Shown piece after piece: positions 1 to 10,750 of a stretch of 38,547 nt of DNA. Every line of letters begins with the position of its first letter. Position 1 is the first letter of the stretch. Position numbers and translations under genes: made by a program. Location: positions 22,428 to 60,974 of the forward strand of contig MEYH01000090.1 of the NCBI GenBank assembly GCA_001773955.1, written 5' to 3'. Below the pieces are notes generated by a model. It was not told the origin of the DNA. It saw only the letters and a list, made by a program, of their open reading frames with translations, and did not search any database. This DNA is from Candidatus Sediminicultor quintus (GTDB taxonomy: Bacteria; Atribacterota; Phoenicimicrobiia; Phoenicimicrobiales; Phoenicimicrobiaceae).

Positions 1-46
1 ACAGGTTACTTATCACTTGTTACACATTACATCACTTATTGGTGAA

Positions 47-1471
47 TTACAAAATATATCTGCTTAAATCTTCGTTTTTTACGATACTTTGTAATTTTTT
101 CTTTACATATCTTTTATCAATAATAATTTGCTTATTTTTAGAACTGGGAGCATTAAAAGAAATATCTTCCAATAATTTTTCTAAAACAGTATACAATCTT
201 CTTGCTCCAATATTTTCTGTCTGTTCGTTTACCAAAAAAGAAGTTTCAGCAATCTCGTCAATAGCATTATCTGTAATTTCTATTTTCAAATCTTCGGTAG
301 CAAGTAAGGCTATATATTGTTTTATCAGTGAATTACGGGGTTCAGTTAATATTCTTTTTAAATCTCCTTTATTTAAAATATTTAATTCAACCCTAATAGG
401 GAAACGCCCTTGTAATTCAGGTATTAAATCAGAAGGCTTTGAAGTGGTAAAAGCACCGGCAGCTATAAATAAAATATGGTCGGTCTTAATTGCTCCATAT
501 TTAGTCATAACTGTTGAACCTTCAATAATAGGCAATATATCTCTTTGAACTCCTCCTCTGGATACATCTGGTCCGTATGATTTTTCTTGCGTAGCAATTT
601 TATCGATTTCATCGATAAAAACAATCCCTAAATTTTCCACTTTATCAACAGCATCTCGAATTACTTCATCCATATCTATTAACTTTTGAGTTTCAGTATA
701 GAGTAATATTTTACGAGCCTCTGCGATTGTAACTTTTTGTTTTTTCCTTTTTTGGGGGAACATTCTGCCTAGAATGTCTTTAAAATTGATTCCCATTCCT
801 TCTATCCCTGAGTTAGAAAAAATTTCTACTGTAGGCTGAATGTTTTCCTCAACTTCGATTTCAATTAATCTATTTTCCAGCTCACCTTTTTCTAATTTAT
901 CTTTAAACTTTTTTCTAGTCCTTTCAAATCTTTCTTCTCTTTCATCTTTATTTTTTAAAATATCAAAAGATTCTTTCTTTTCTTCTTCTTCTTCAATTCC
1001 AGAAGAAAATGGACCATCTAAAAAATTTGTTTTTTGTTCTTTTCTTTTGGTTGATACAGGGAATAAATAATCTACTATTTTTTCATCGACTAACTGTTTT
1101 GCTTTATCTTCAACCTTACTGGCCCATTCTTTACGAACCAATTGAACACTTACTTCTGTTATATCTCTGATTATGGAATCTACATCTCTTCCTACATAAC
1201 CTACTTCGGTAAATTTTGTTGCTTCAACTTTTACAAAAGGGGCTTTAACTAATTTTGCTAATCTCCTTGCAATTTCTGTTTTTCCAACTCCGGTAGGCCC
1301 AATCATTATGATATTTTTTGGGGTCACTTCATCTATTAATTCCGGGGGTAATTTCTGTCTTCTGATTCTATTTCGTAAAGCAATAGCAACTGCTTTTTTG
1401 GCATTTTCTTGCCCAATTATATATTGATCAAGTTCGGAAACAATTTGTGAAGGGGTTAGATCGTTAATCAA
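47..1471 (-). CDS. hslU: ATP-dependent protease ATPase subunit HslU (ClpY)
   Basis: N-terminal [31 protein letters not shown], Walker [26 protein letters not shown], Walker [10 protein letters not shown]-terminal DLSRYIL; adjacent to hslV. Confidence 0.98.
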   Translation of the reverse strand: MINDLTPSQIVSELDQYIIGQENAKKAVAIALRNRIRRQKLPPELIDEVTPKNIIMIGPTGVGKTEIARRLAKLVKAPFVKVEATKFTEVGYVGRDVDSIIRDITEVSVQLVRKEWASKVEDKAKQLVDEKIVDYLFPVSTKRKEQKTNFLDGPFSSGIEEEEEKKESFDILKNKDEREERFERTRKKFKDKLEKGELENRLIEIEVEENIQPTVEIFSNSGIEGMGINFKDILGRMFPQKRKKQKVTIAEARKILLYTETQKLIDMDEVIRDAVDKVENLGIVFIDEIDKIATQEKSYGPDVSRGGVQRDILPIIEGSTVMTKYGAIKTDHILFIAAGAFTTSKPSDLIPELQGRFPIRVELNILNKGDLKRILTEPRNSLIKQYIALLATEDLKIEITDNAIDEIAETSFLVNEQTENIGARRLYTVLEKLLEDISFNAPSSKNKQIIIDKRYVKKKLQSIVKNEDLSRYIL

Positions 1472-1492
1472 TTATGGTTCCTCCATTCTTTT

Positions 1493-2023
1493 CTATTTTA
1501 ATTTTTCTACTGTTATTTTATCATTAGTATAGATACAAATTGAAGCTGCAATTTGTAATGATTCTAAAGCTATTTCGTAGGCAGAGAGATTTGAATATTT
1601 AACCAAAGCCTTTGCGGCCGCCAATGCATAAGGACCACCTGATCCGATAGCAGCGATATTATCATCCGGTTCTATTATATCACCAGTTCCGGAAACTATA
1701 AATATATGCTCTTTGTCCGCAACAATTAATATCGCCTCTAATTTTCTTAATATTTTATCAGTTCGCCACTCTTTAGCTAAAGAAATAACTGCTTTAGGTA
1801 AATTTCCATGAAGTTCTTCTATTTTATTTTCAAATTTTTCAAATAAAGTTATGGCATCTGCACTCGCTCCGGCAAATCCGGTAAGAACTTTATCATCATA
1901 AATTTTTCGAATCTTTTTAGTATTATTTTTCATAATAGTATTTCCCATACTTATCTGGCCATCACCAGAAATAGCGACTTCGCCTTTATGTTTTATCGCT
2001 AAAATTGTAGTTCCTTTAAACAT
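1493..2023 (-). CDS. hslV: ATP-dependent protease peptidase subunit HslV (ClpQ)
   Basis: TTIL N-terminal nucleophile after a short propeptide; [40 protein letters not shown]. Confidence 0.98.
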   Translation of the reverse strand: MFKGTTILAIKHKGEVAISGDGQISMGNTIMKNNTKKIRKIYDDKVLTGFAGASADAITLFEKFENKIEELHGNLPKAVISLAKEWRTDKILRKLEAILIVADKEHIFIVSGTGDIIEPDDNIAAIGSGGPYALAAAKALVKYSNLSAYEIALESLQIAASICIYTNDKITVEKLK

Positions 2024-2055
2024 TTTTTATTTCCTTTCCTTTTAAATTTTTAACA

Positions 2056-2964
2056 TTAAGGCCTGGGATGAGATTTTTTATAAATTATTTTTAATCTTTC
2101 TTTGGTAATATGCGTGTATATTTGAGTAGTAGATAAACTCTCATGCCCTAAAAGTTCCTGAACAGAACGTAAGTCCGCCCCACCCCCTAAAAGATGTGTA
2201 GCGAATGAATGCCTTAAAACATGTGGACTGACCTTTTTATTTAAATCAGCTATTTTCATATATTTGATAATAATTCTACGTATACTTCTTGCTGACAGTC
2301 TTCCTCCAAAACGATTTAATAAAAAGGCATTTAGGTCAATTTTAATTATAGGTACATTTTTTATAAACAAACTTCTGCTGGTTATATATTCTTGTATTGC
2401 CCTTATACTCGGATTGCCTAAAGGAAGAATTCTTTCCTTTGAACCCTTTCCAAATACTCTAACAGTTTTTTCATACAGGTCTATATCGGGAACATCTAAA
2501 TTCACCAGTTCTCCAACCCTCATCCCGGTGCCATAAAGTATTTCAAGTATTGCCCTGTCTCTAATTCCAAGTATTGTATTCCCAGGCGGCGTTTCGATAA
2601 GTTTATTAATTTCTTGTAAGTATAAAAAACAGGGTAACTTCTTGTCTATCTTAGGTGTTATTAAATTGATAGTCGGATTAATTTTTACTATTCCTTCTCT
2701 TGATATAAATTTAAAGAAAGACCGGATTGTAGATATTTTTCGGCAAATACTTCTTGTTGAATAATCACGCTTCTTTAAATATACAATATATTTTCGCATA
2801 ATACTACGATCGATACATTGTATGTTATTTTTCTTTAATATTTTACGATCCTCTAAATAATTTAACAACTGTAATAAATCATTTTTATAGGATATAATAG
2901 TATTATTGGAGTAATTTTTTTCATTCTTTAGAAAAGAAATATAAGAATTTAGGTGTTCCTTCAA
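2056..2964 (-). CDS. xerC: Tyrosine recombinase XerC (CodV-like)
   Basis: TTG start; RDRAILEILYGTGMRVGE, GKGSKER, HVLRHSFATH, LLGH, TTQIYTH; topA-xerC-hslVU context. Confidence 0.92.
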   Translation of the reverse strand: MKEHLNSYISFLKNEKNYSNNTIISYKNDLLQLLNYLEDRKILKKNNIQCIDRSIMRKYIVYLKKRDYSTRSICRKISTIRSFFKFISREGIVKINPTINLITPKIDKKLPCFLYLQEINKLIETPPGNTILGIRDRAILEILYGTGMRVGELVNLDVPDIDLYEKTVRVFGKGSKERILPLGNPSIRAIQEYITSRSLFIKNVPIIKIDLNAFLLNRFGGRLSARSIRRIIIKYMKIADLNKKVSPHVLRHSFATHLLGGGADLRSVQELLGHESLSTTQIYTHITKERLKIIYKKSHPRP

Positions 2965-2987
2965 ATTTAAAAAACCCCTCCTTCTTT

Positions 2988-5090
2988 TTATTTTTTATCC
3001 TCTTTAATAACATCCTTATAGTTACAAGCGGAATTACTACATTTATGATAAAAACCGTTTTTTTTGTCTTTCATTATTACCAAGATATGATTACATTGGG
3101 GGCACTTTTTATCAACCGGCTTATTCCAGGTCACAAAAGAGCATTTCGGATAATTGCTACACCCGTAGAATGTCCTTCCTTTTTTAGTTTTTTTTCTAAT
3201 AATCTCTCCCGAACATCCTTCTACCGGACAAGATACGCCAATTTTATCCAAAAAAGGCTTGGTGATTTTACAATCGGGAAACTTTGAACAAGCTAAAAAT
3301 TTACCAAAACGCCCATTTTTTATCAACATCTTACTGCCACATTTAGCACATATTTCATCGCTAAATACTATTGGCATTTCAATTTTTTGCGCCTGACTCC
3401 CTTTTACCAAATCATTGGAAAATGCCTTGTAAAATTCATCTAAAACATTTTCCCATTTTTTTTTATCAGATTCGATTTCATCGAGCTGTTTTTCCATTTT
3501 TGCAGTGAAAGCAATATTTATAATATCGGAAAAATATTGAATTAAAAAAGAGTTCACGGTTATTCCCAATTCTGTAGGTCTAAAATTTTTATTTACTTTT
3601 TCCACATATGTCCGATATTGTAAGGTGCTTATAGTCGGTACATATGTACTGGGTCGTCCTATCCCTTCTTTTTCTAATCTTTTTACCAAGCTGGCTTCTG
3701 TGTATCTGGGAGGGGGTTTGGTAAAAGATTGATTTGCCTTAATTTTTAACAACTTAAGTTGATCTTTTTCTTTAAGATCAGGAATTTTATCTACATCCTG
3801 ATTGTTTTGGCCATATAGAATCATATATCCTTTAAATAATATCCGATAGCCGGAAGTTCTAAAGATATAACTTCCTGATTCTATATCTATAGTAGTTTTT
3901 TCCAGATAGGCAGCTTTCATCCTGCTCGCTATAAATCTTTGCCAGATTATATTATATAATTTATATTGATCATTAGTTAGATATTTTTTAATCGATTCCG
4001 GGTGATTTAATACATATGTAGGCCTGATGGATTCATGAGCATCCTGAATCTTTATATTTTTTATTTTATTTTTTACTTCTTTCAAATTTTGAGATAATTT
4101 AGCAAAATCTTTGCCATAATGTTCTTCAATATATTTTTTCGCTTCACATTTTGCTTCATCAGATACTCTTATCGAGTCAGTACGCATATAGGTAATCATA
4201 CCAATATTTCCTTTATTGCCCAAGGTAATACCCTCGTACAATTGTTGAGCTATGAACATAGTTTTTTTAATGGGAAAATTCAATTTATTATACGCTTCTT
4301 GCTGCAAAGTACTTGTAGTAAATGGTGGCTGCGGATTTTTCGATTCCTTCTTTTTGTTTATACTTTTAATATAGATATCCTGATTTTTTACTTCTTCACA
4401 AATTTCCGTTGCTTCTTTTTTAGTTTTAATAGTTGGTTTTTCAGAATTTATCGAGAAAAGTTTTGCCTCGAAAGGCTCCGCTTTTTCATCTTCAATTTTT
4501 TTAAACAAGGCATCTATCGTCCAATATTCTTCTATTTTAAATTTAGCTATTTCCTCTTCTCTTTCGCATATTAAATATAATGTTACAGATTGTACCCTTC
4601 CTGCACTTAATTTTTTGCCAATCTTTTTCCACAATAATGGACTAATCTTATAACCTACCAGTCTATCCAATAATCTCCTGGCCTTTTGAGAGTTTACCAT
4701 ATTAAGATCAATCTCTCTTGGTTTTTTAAAGGCCTGGGACACAGCTCTTTCGGTTATTTCATTAAAGATAACCCTGTTCTTCCCCTCTATAACCTTCAAT
4801 TTTTGAGCAATATGCCAGGCAATGGCTTCACCTTCCCTGTCCGGATCAGTAGCTAAAAATACTTTCTCTTTACCTTTAGCGCTTTCTTCTAATTCTTTCA
4901 ATACCCTTCTTTGTTTAGGAATAACCACATATTCTGGCTGAAAGTTATTTTCAATAGCTATCCCTAATTTTGTTTTGGGCAGATCAATTAAATGCCCCTT
5001 GCTCGATTTAATAATATAATCCTCACCTAATATTTTTTTTAAGGTTTTTTCTTTAGTTGGTGATTCAACTATCACTAAAAATTTAGACAT
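2988..5090 (-). CDS. topA: DNA topoisomerase I (type IA) with C-terminal zinc ribbons
   Basis: TOPRIM VIVESP, ATDPDREGEAI, SAGRVQ, catalytic ITYMRTDS, QDAHE, GIGRPSTY; three Cys-rich C-terminal ribbons. Confidence 0.98.
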   Translation of the reverse strand: MSKFLVIVESPTKEKTLKKILGEDYIIKSSKGHLIDLPKTKLGIAIENNFQPEYVVIPKQRRVLKELEESAKGKEKVFLATDPDREGEAIAWHIAQKLKVIEGKNRVIFNEITERAVSQAFKKPREIDLNMVNSQKARRLLDRLVGYKISPLLWKKIGKKLSAGRVQSVTLYLICEREEEIAKFKIEEYWTIDALFKKIEDEKAEPFEAKLFSINSEKPTIKTKKEATEICEEVKNQDIYIKSINKKKESKNPQPPFTTSTLQQEAYNKLNFPIKKTMFIAQQLYEGITLGNKGNIGMITYMRTDSIRVSDEAKCEAKKYIEEHYGKDFAKLSQNLKEVKNKIKNIKIQDAHESIRPTYVLNHPESIKKYLTNDQYKLYNIIWQRFIASRMKAAYLEKTTIDIESGSYIFRTSGYRILFKGYMILYGQNNQDVDKIPDLKEKDQLKLLKIKANQSFTKPPPRYTEASLVKRLEKEGIGRPSTYVPTISTLQYRTYVEKVNKNFRPTELGITVNSFLIQYFSDIINIAFTAKMEKQLDEIESDKKKWENVLDEFYKAFSNDLVKGSQAQKIEMPIVFSDEICAKCGSKMLIKNGRFGKFLACSKFPDCKITKPFLDKIGVSCPVEGCSGEIIRKKTKKGRTFYGCSNYPKCSFVTWNKPVDKKCPQCNHILVIMKDKKNGFYHKCSNSACNYKDVIKEDKK

Positions 5091-5122
5091 TTTTTATTCC
5101 TTGTAAATTTTTTCTTATTTTT

Positions 5123-6229
5123 CTACTTTCCTTTTAACCGATAATATAAATCCTGTGGCCAGGAAGGTAATATTATTGCACCATAAGGACAATGTTCATC
5201 ACAACAAAAGCAAGAAATACATTTCTTTCTATCCACTTCAGGAAATTTATTGGTTAAATTCATTGCCGAAACAGGACAAACTTCAATACATTTTTTACAT
5301 ATTTTACATTTATTATGATTTACTATCGGCTTAACCGAAGCAAAATTAAATACATGAGGGCCCGCTGTTCTTCTTATTCTTTGCAAAATACTATTATTTG
5401 GTGTTTTAAACCCAGAAATTACTTCTAATTCTCCATCAATAATTATATTGGAGATATCTGTCTCCCCTAAATTTCTTTCTTTGGCAACTTGTAATAACTC
5501 AATTGTATCAGGCTTAAGTCCCATCATGGCAGCCATAATTGAATCAAGAGAAATACCATTATCACTACTTATTATTTTATTTATTGCTCGTATCTTCCCA
5601 TTGGTAGGCCCAGCACCTTCCATACCGATTATAGCATCCATAATATTTAAATCCGGAATTCTTATTTGATAAATATCTAATAAAATTTCAGCAAATTTTT
5701 TAACCGACCGAGCAAAAGTGTGTAGTTTTGCTTTTTTCCCTCCCGGAATAATACCGAACATGTTTTTTATGGCACCAGTAATAGTAGTTAAACTGTGGGT
5801 TTTGAATTTTGGAACATTAATGACATAATCTGCTTCTTTAACTATCTTGGAAATAAATAATTTTTCAATAAATTCTGACTCTATCTTTACTTCTACTATT
5901 TCCCTGGCAATATTGCCATAGCAACCGTCAGAAGCATCTAATATCCCAGTAATTTTTGCTATTTTTAAGGGGTCAAAGTGAATACTCCCAGAATTATCTC
6001 CTACGATTATTTCTTTAGATTTACATTTTTTTAATTCTTGAACAATTGCCGATATTATTCTCGGATCGGTAGTCACCCCTCTCTCCGGAGGAAATGGTCC
6101 CAGGAGATTTGGTTTTACTAAAACTTTTTTATCTTTTACTTTTTCTTTTACCCCAAATATCTCAAAAACATTTTTTATTATTTCGGATATTTCATCATTT
6201 CGTACATCACTGATTATAACTCTGGACAT
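5123..6229 (-). CDS. DUF362 domain protein with C-terminal 2x[4Fe-4S] ferredoxin domain
   Basis: VLVKPN, INVPKFKTH, TGAIKNMFG, DAIIGMEGAGP motifs; CKICKKCIEVCP and CISCFCCDEHCP. Confidence 0.85.
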   Translation of the reverse strand: MSRVIISDVRNDEISEIIKNVFEIFGVKEKVKDKKVLVKPNLLGPFPPERGVTTDPRIISAIVQELKKCKSKEIIVGDNSGSIHFDPLKIAKITGILDASDGCYGNIAREIVEVKIESEFIEKLFISKIVKEADYVINVPKFKTHSLTTITGAIKNMFGIIPGGKKAKLHTFARSVKKFAEILLDIYQIRIPDLNIMDAIIGMEGAGPTNGKIRAINKIISSDNGISLDSIMAAMMGLKPDTIELLQVAKERNLGETDISNIIIDGELEVISGFKTPNNSILQRIRRTAGPHVFNFASVKPIVNHNKCKICKKCIEVCPVSAMNLTNKFPEVDRKKCISCFCCDEHCPYGAIILPSWPQDLYYRLKGK

Positions 6230-6250
6230 ATCCCCTCTGTTGACTTAGAT

Positions 6251-6455
6251 TCGTATCGAGTATCTCGTGAATCGTATCTCGTAAAGAGAATAGAAACCGA
6301 GAATCAGAATAAATTCGTATCGAGTATTTAGTAGGGGTTCGATTCATCGAACCCGTTTCGGGTCGGATAAATCCGACCCCTACATTAAAAACAAAACTTT
6401 AAACTGAAAACTGAAAACGTGTATTTAATACTAACGACTATTCACTATCGACTAT
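6251..6455. repeat. Composite intergenic repeat region (heptamer arrays, REP pair, module A)
   Basis: CGTATCG/AGTATCT units at left, REP pair in the centre, AAAACTG units then ACTAACG/ACTATTC/ACTATCG at right. Confidence 0.85.
6331..6383. repeat. Inverted pair of GTAG-type REP palindromes (REPIN-like)
   Basis: GTAG-GGGTTCGAT-TC-ATCGAACCC (6331-6354) and, on the minus strand, GTAG-GGGTCGGAT-TT-ATCCGACCC (6360-6383). Confidence 0.85.
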
Positions 6456-6457
6456 TT

Positions 6458-7063
6458 TTATTTTTCAATCTTGATCTTTTCTCCAATTTTTCTTTCTTTT
6501 TTTGATTTTAGTCTTTCAATATTTTCTTTATGTTTAAAAATACCTAAAACTAAGATTATCGCACCAAACACAATGTATTCATAAGGTTGTTTAAACAATA
6601 TTGTAAAAACAAAAATAGAAATTAGAGCGAAAATAGATGATAAAGAGGTGTATCTTGTTATTATTATAACAATCACCCAGACTGTTACTGCTAAAAGTGC
6701 TATTATCGGATTAAAAGCAAATACAACTCCAATTGTAGTAGCTATCCCTTTTCCGCCTTTAAACCCGAGGAATAAAGACCAGTCATGACCACAAATTACT
6801 GCTAACCCTGTAATAGTTAATATTAATAAATTATCAATATTGAAATGTTGTGCTAAATAGATAGAAAAAATACCTTTGCCAATATCGCCAATTACTACAA
6901 AAGAAGCTAATGAAGGTCCCAATATCCTAAGAGCATTGCTTGCACCTATATTTCCGCTTCCGTATTCTCTTATATCTACTTTCTTAAATAGTTTACCAAC
7001 AATATATCCAAAAGGTATGGAACCTAAAAGATAACAGCTTATAATTATTAGAGCAATCTTCAT
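6458..7063 (-). CDS. plsY: Acyl-phosphate:glycerol-3-phosphate acyltransferase PlsY
   Basis: YLLGSIPFG, GSGNIGASN, GHDWS..GFKGGKG, HKENI; hydrophobic membrane protein. Confidence 0.96.
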   Translation of the reverse strand: MKIALIIISCYLLGSIPFGYIVGKLFKKVDIREYGSGNIGASNALRILGPSLASFVVIGDIGKGIFSIYLAQHFNIDNLLILTITGLAVICGHDWSLFLGFKGGKGIATTIGVVFAFNPIIALLAVTVWVIVIIITRYTSLSSIFALISIFVFTILFKQPYEYIVFGAIILVLGIFKHKENIERLKSKKERKIGEKIKIEK

Positions 7064-8391
7064 ACTGTTTCCCTTTCCTCACTTTTTCTCGCTAAATCGA
7101 TAACTACAGGTGAGCCTTCAAAACCAAAGGTTTCATAAAATTTATTTTCTAAATATTTATGATAAGAAGTATACATTAATTTAGGATTGTTTACAAATAA
7201 TAGAAATGTAGGTGGTTTTATCCCTGTTTGAGTAGCGTATTTAATTTTTAGGGTATTCCCCACTACATATTTTGGAGGATTTTTAGAAATAACTTCTCTT
7301 ATAAAAACATTTATTGCCGAAGTGGGAATTTTTTTACTATATTGTAAGGCAACTTCTTTAATTTTTGAAATAATTTTATCCATATTATAACCTGTTATGG
7401 CAGAAGTCATTATAATGGGAGATTTTTTTAAAAAAGACAATTCATATCTTATCTCATCAATAAATAATTTTCTATCTATATTATCTTTAATTAAATCAAA
7501 TTTATTCAATATTATGATGCAGGCTTTTCTTTCTTTTTGAACATAATTTGCTATTTTTTTATCTTGCATACTAACTCCCTGTGTAGAGTCCAATATCAAT
7601 AACACTATATCTGAATTATGTACCGCTGTAAAAGTTCTTAATGTACTATAATATTCAACATCTTCTTTCGGTTTCGCTTTGCCTCTCAGGCCTGCGGTAT
7701 CGATAAACATTAATTTTAATGAATTATGTTTAAAAATTATTTCAATAGCATCTCTGGTAGTGCCGGGATGTTCGCTGACTATTATTCTATCTTCTCCTAA
7801 AATGCGATTTAATAAACTTGATTTTCCTACATTGGGTCTTCCAATAATTGATACTTTTATAAGGTTTTCTTCTTCTTCCGATTCTATTTTTATTTCTGAA
7901 ATATAAGATATTATTCTATCTAATAAATCATCAATATTTAAGCCGTGTTCTGCTGAAATAATATAGGGGTCTCCGAATCCTAATTCGTAAAACTCATATA
8001 ATTTTAATTCACTTCCCTTTACATCTCCCTTGTTGGCTACCAGGATACTTGATTTATTTTTTTCTCTAATCGCTTTAGCTACTTTAAAATCATCCGGATT
8101 TATTCCCTCTTTGACATCAACCAATAATATAATTAAGTCTGCCTCTTCAATAGCTAATTCAATCTGAACAGTTATTTTTTTTTGCAGTTCTTCCCTTTTT
8201 ATAAAATCCACACCTCCGGTATCTACCAGAGTAAATTGCTTTCCTTTCCATTCACATTCTGCATATATCCTATCTCTGGTAATCCCAGGTTCGTTTTCCA
8301 CAATAGCGGTTCTTTTCTTAGTGATTCTATTAAATAAGGTCGATTTCCCTACATTTATTCTTCCGATAATAGCAACAATAGGTTTTCTCAA
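7060..8391 (-). CDS. der: Ribosome biogenesis GTPase Der (EngA)
   Basis: Two G domains (GRINVGKS/DTGG/NKGD and GRPNVGKS/DTAG/NKFD). Start reassigned to TTG at 8391 behind a GGGAG RBS; the ORF-track extension to 8430 runs into a repeat. Confidence 0.96.
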   Translation of the reverse strand: MRKPIVAIIGRINVGKSTLFNRITKKRTAIVENEPGITRDRIYAECEWKGKQFTLVDTGGVDFIKREELQKKITVQIELAIEEADLIILLVDVKEGINPDDFKVAKAIREKNKSSILVANKGDVKGSELKLYEFYELGFGDPYIISAEHGLNIDDLLDRIISYISEIKIESEEEENLIKVSIIGRPNVGKSSLLNRILGEDRIIVSEHPGTTRDAIEIIFKHNSLKLMFIDTAGLRGKAKPKEDVEYYSTLRTFTAVHNSDIVLLILDSTQGVSMQDKKIANYVQKERKACIIILNKFDLIKDNIDRKLFIDEIRYELSFLKKSPIIMTSAITGYNMDKIISKIKEVALQYSKKIPTSAINVFIREVISKNPPKYVVGNTLKIKYATQTGIKPPTFLLFVNNPKLMYTSYHKYLENKFYETFGFEGSPVVIDLARKSEERETV

Positions 8392-8409
8392 GGTAAGCAC
8401 TCCCATCTT

Positions 8410-8466
8410 GTATAAAATACACAGTAACAAGTAATAAGTAATGAGTAATGAGCTTAAATTTCCTGA
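8410..8466. repeat. Dispersed module B containing AGTAA(C/T)(A/G) x4
   Basis: AGTAACA AGTAATA AGTAATG AGTAATG at 8423-8450; near-identical inverted copy at 32791-32844. Confidence 0.8.
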
Positions 8467-8479
8467 ATCGTAAAAACAG

Positions 8480-9139
8480 TTACTTATTCATAATGTTTTT
8501 TATTTTCTTTATGGTCATTTCAGGGTTTGCGCTTTTAGATATAATTTGACCAAGCACAATTATTTCTGCTCCGGCTTTAATCACCTCAGAAATATTATCT
8601 AAATTTATCCCGCCATCGACTGCTAAGCTTATTGATTTTTTTTGATTATCTATTATTTTTCTCGCCTTTTCTATTTTAGTAGTCATCTCCGGGATAAATT
8701 TCTGCCCGCCAAAACCCGGATTAACTGTCATTAATAATAACATGTCTATTTTATTAATTAAATACTCAATAACACTTAGAGTAGTTGCCGGGTTTAGAGC
8801 AATGCCGGATTTTACATCAGACTCATTAATAGTTTGGATAAGTCGGTCAAGGTGTTTAGAAGTTTCGTAATGTACAATTATAATATCTCCACCCGCATCA
8901 ACAAATGATTTAATGTGATTCTCCGGTTTTTCTACCATCAGATGAACTTCTAAGGGAAGAGAGGTTATGCTTTTAATTGATTCTACTATCCTGGGGCCAA
9001 AGGAAATATTCGGTACAAAATTTCCATCCATAATGTCTAAGTGAATTAAATCTGCTCCTCCGCTTTCTATCTTTCTTAATTCTCTTTCCAAACAGGTAAA
9101 ATCTACATCTAAGATTGAGACAGCCAATTTTTTTATCAT
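8480..9139 (-). CDS. rpe: Ribulose-phosphate 3-epimerase
   Basis: HLDIMDGNFVPNISFG, EVHLMV, MTVNPGFGGQ, VDGGIN. Confidence 0.92.
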   Translation of the reverse strand: MIKKLAVSILDVDFTCLERELRKIESGGADLIHLDIMDGNFVPNISFGPRIVESIKSITSLPLEVHLMVEKPENHIKSFVDAGGDIIIVHYETSKHLDRLIQTINESDVKSGIALNPATTLSVIEYLINKIDMLLLMTVNPGFGGQKFIPEMTTKIEKARKIIDNQKKSISLAVDGGINLDNISEVIKAGAEIIVLGQIISKSANPEMTIKKIKNIMNK

Positions 9140-9197
9140 AATTATAACACCGCCTATTTATATAAATAATTGTGTATTTTAAAAACTTTGGTAATAA

Positions 9198-10733
9198 TTA
9201 ATATAGCCATAATTTACGATCAAGGCTTCTATATTGAATAGATTCAGATAAATGAGAAACTTCAATCTTCTTTGATTGTTCTAAATCAGCTATGGTTCGG
9301 GCTACTTTTAATATACGGTCATAAGCTCGAGTACTTAAATTTAACTTTTCCATAGCCTTGTAAAGTAAATTTTTAGCATTGTCATCAATATTACAATATT
9401 CTTTAATCTGTTTTTTGGTCATTTGAGCATTACAAAAAATACTGTCTTCACAATATCTTTCTCTTTGTATTTTTCTTGCTTTTTCCACTCTTTCTCTTAT
9501 GGTAAAAGAGTTTTCTTCAAAATCTTTCTCCATGACTTCTCGACAATTTATCCGGGGGACTTCAATATGAATGTCAATTCGATCTAATAACGGGCCCGAT
9601 ATTTTTGAACGATATTTAACTATTTGAGACGAACTACAAGTGCAAACCTTAACCGGATCACCGTAAAAACCGCAAGGACAGGGATTCAGGGAAGATATCA
9701 ACATAAAAGAAGAAGTATAACTAACAGAGCTAAGAGAGCGTGAAATGGTGACTATCCCGTCTTCCAGGGGTTGACGTAGAGATTCTAAAGCACTTCGGGA
9801 AAATTCCGGTAGTTCATCTAAAAATAGTACACCATTATGGGCCAGGCTAATTTCTCCTGGTTTGGGTGTCTTGCCTCCTCCGATTAATCCAACATTACTT
9901 ATAGTATGATGCGGAGACCTAAACGGTCTCTCTGTAACCAAAGGGGTATCCGGTGGAAGTAAATTGGCAATACTATATAATTTAGTAATTTCTATAGATT
10001 CCTCCAGTGTTAAAGAAGGAAGGATGGTTGGAAGCCTGCGTGCCAGCATGGTTTTTCCGGAACCTGGCGGACCAATCATTATAACATTATGACTTCCAGC
10101 TGCTGCTACTTCCAAGGCTCTTTTAGCGTGTTCCTGTCCTTTGACATCAGAAAAATCTATTAGACTGTTTTCTCTTAGTCGAAAAATATCTTCTAAATCT
10201 ATGGATACCGGTTCAATGGATATTTTTTTATTTAAAAATTCAATTACTTCGTAAAGTGAATTAACCGGAAATACTTTTAATTCTTTAATTATCCCTGCTT
10301 CTTTTGCGTTTGCTTGAGGAATAAGCAATTTTATTTTACCCATTTTTTTTGCCATCAAAGCAATGGGAAGCACACCATTTACAGGTTTTATACTTCCATC
10401 TAAAGATAATTCACCCATAATTAGATATTCATTTAATAGATTTGGCTTAACTTGTTTACTGGCAGCTAAAATTGCCAGAGCAATAGATAGGTCAAAAATA
10501 GGACCTTCTTTTTTGATATCCGCTGGAGCAAGATTTACCGTAATTCTCTGCATAGGAAATTCGAATTCAGTATTTTTTATGGCGGCTCTAACTCTTTCTC
10601 GTGATTCCTGAACAGCCGTATCGGGCAATCCTACGATATTGAATGAAGGCAATCCCGGATGAATATCAACTTCGATCTCTACCATAAAAGCTTCTACTCC
10701 GAATATAGCCGCACTATATAATTTGGATAACAA
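9198..10733 (-). CDS. comM: YifB/ComM Mg-chelatase-like AAA+ ATPase
   Basis: [64 protein letters not shown]; TTG start. Confidence 0.92.
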   Translation of the reverse strand: MLSKLYSAAIFGVEAFMVEIEVDIHPGLPSFNIVGLPDTAVQESRERVRAAIKNTEFEFPMQRITVNLAPADIKKEGPIFDLSIALAILAASKQVKPNLLNEYLIMGELSLDGSIKPVNGVLPIALMAKKMGKIKLLIPQANAKEAGIIKELKVFPVNSLYEVIEFLNKKISIEPVSIDLEDIFRLRENSLIDFSDVKGQEHAKRALEVAAAGSHNVIMIGPPGSGKTMLARRLPTILPSLTLEESIEITKLYSIANLLPPDTPLVTERPFRSPHHTISNVGLIGGGKTPKPGEISLAHNGVLFLDELPEFSRSALESLRQPLEDGIVTISRSLSSVSYTSSFMLISSLNPCPCGFYGDPVKVCTCSSSQIVKYRSKISGPLLDRIDIHIEVPRINCREVMEKDFEENSFTIRERVEKARKIQRERYCEDSIFCNAQMTKKQIKEYCNIDDNAKNLLYKAMEKLNLSTRAYDRILKVARTIADLEQSKKIEVSHLSESIQYRSLDRKLWLY

Positions 10734-10750
10734 AAAAACACCTACTTTTT

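Noticed and set aside
2056-2964. Tyrosine recombinase as a prophage/ICE integrase or as the mobiliser of the repeats
   Set aside because: Size, motifs and topA-xerC-hslVU context fit housekeeping XerC; no att sites or cargo were seen.
8392-8430. 13-aa N-terminal extension of Der
   Set aside because: Starts inside module B; TTG at 8391 has a proper RBS and matches the family start.
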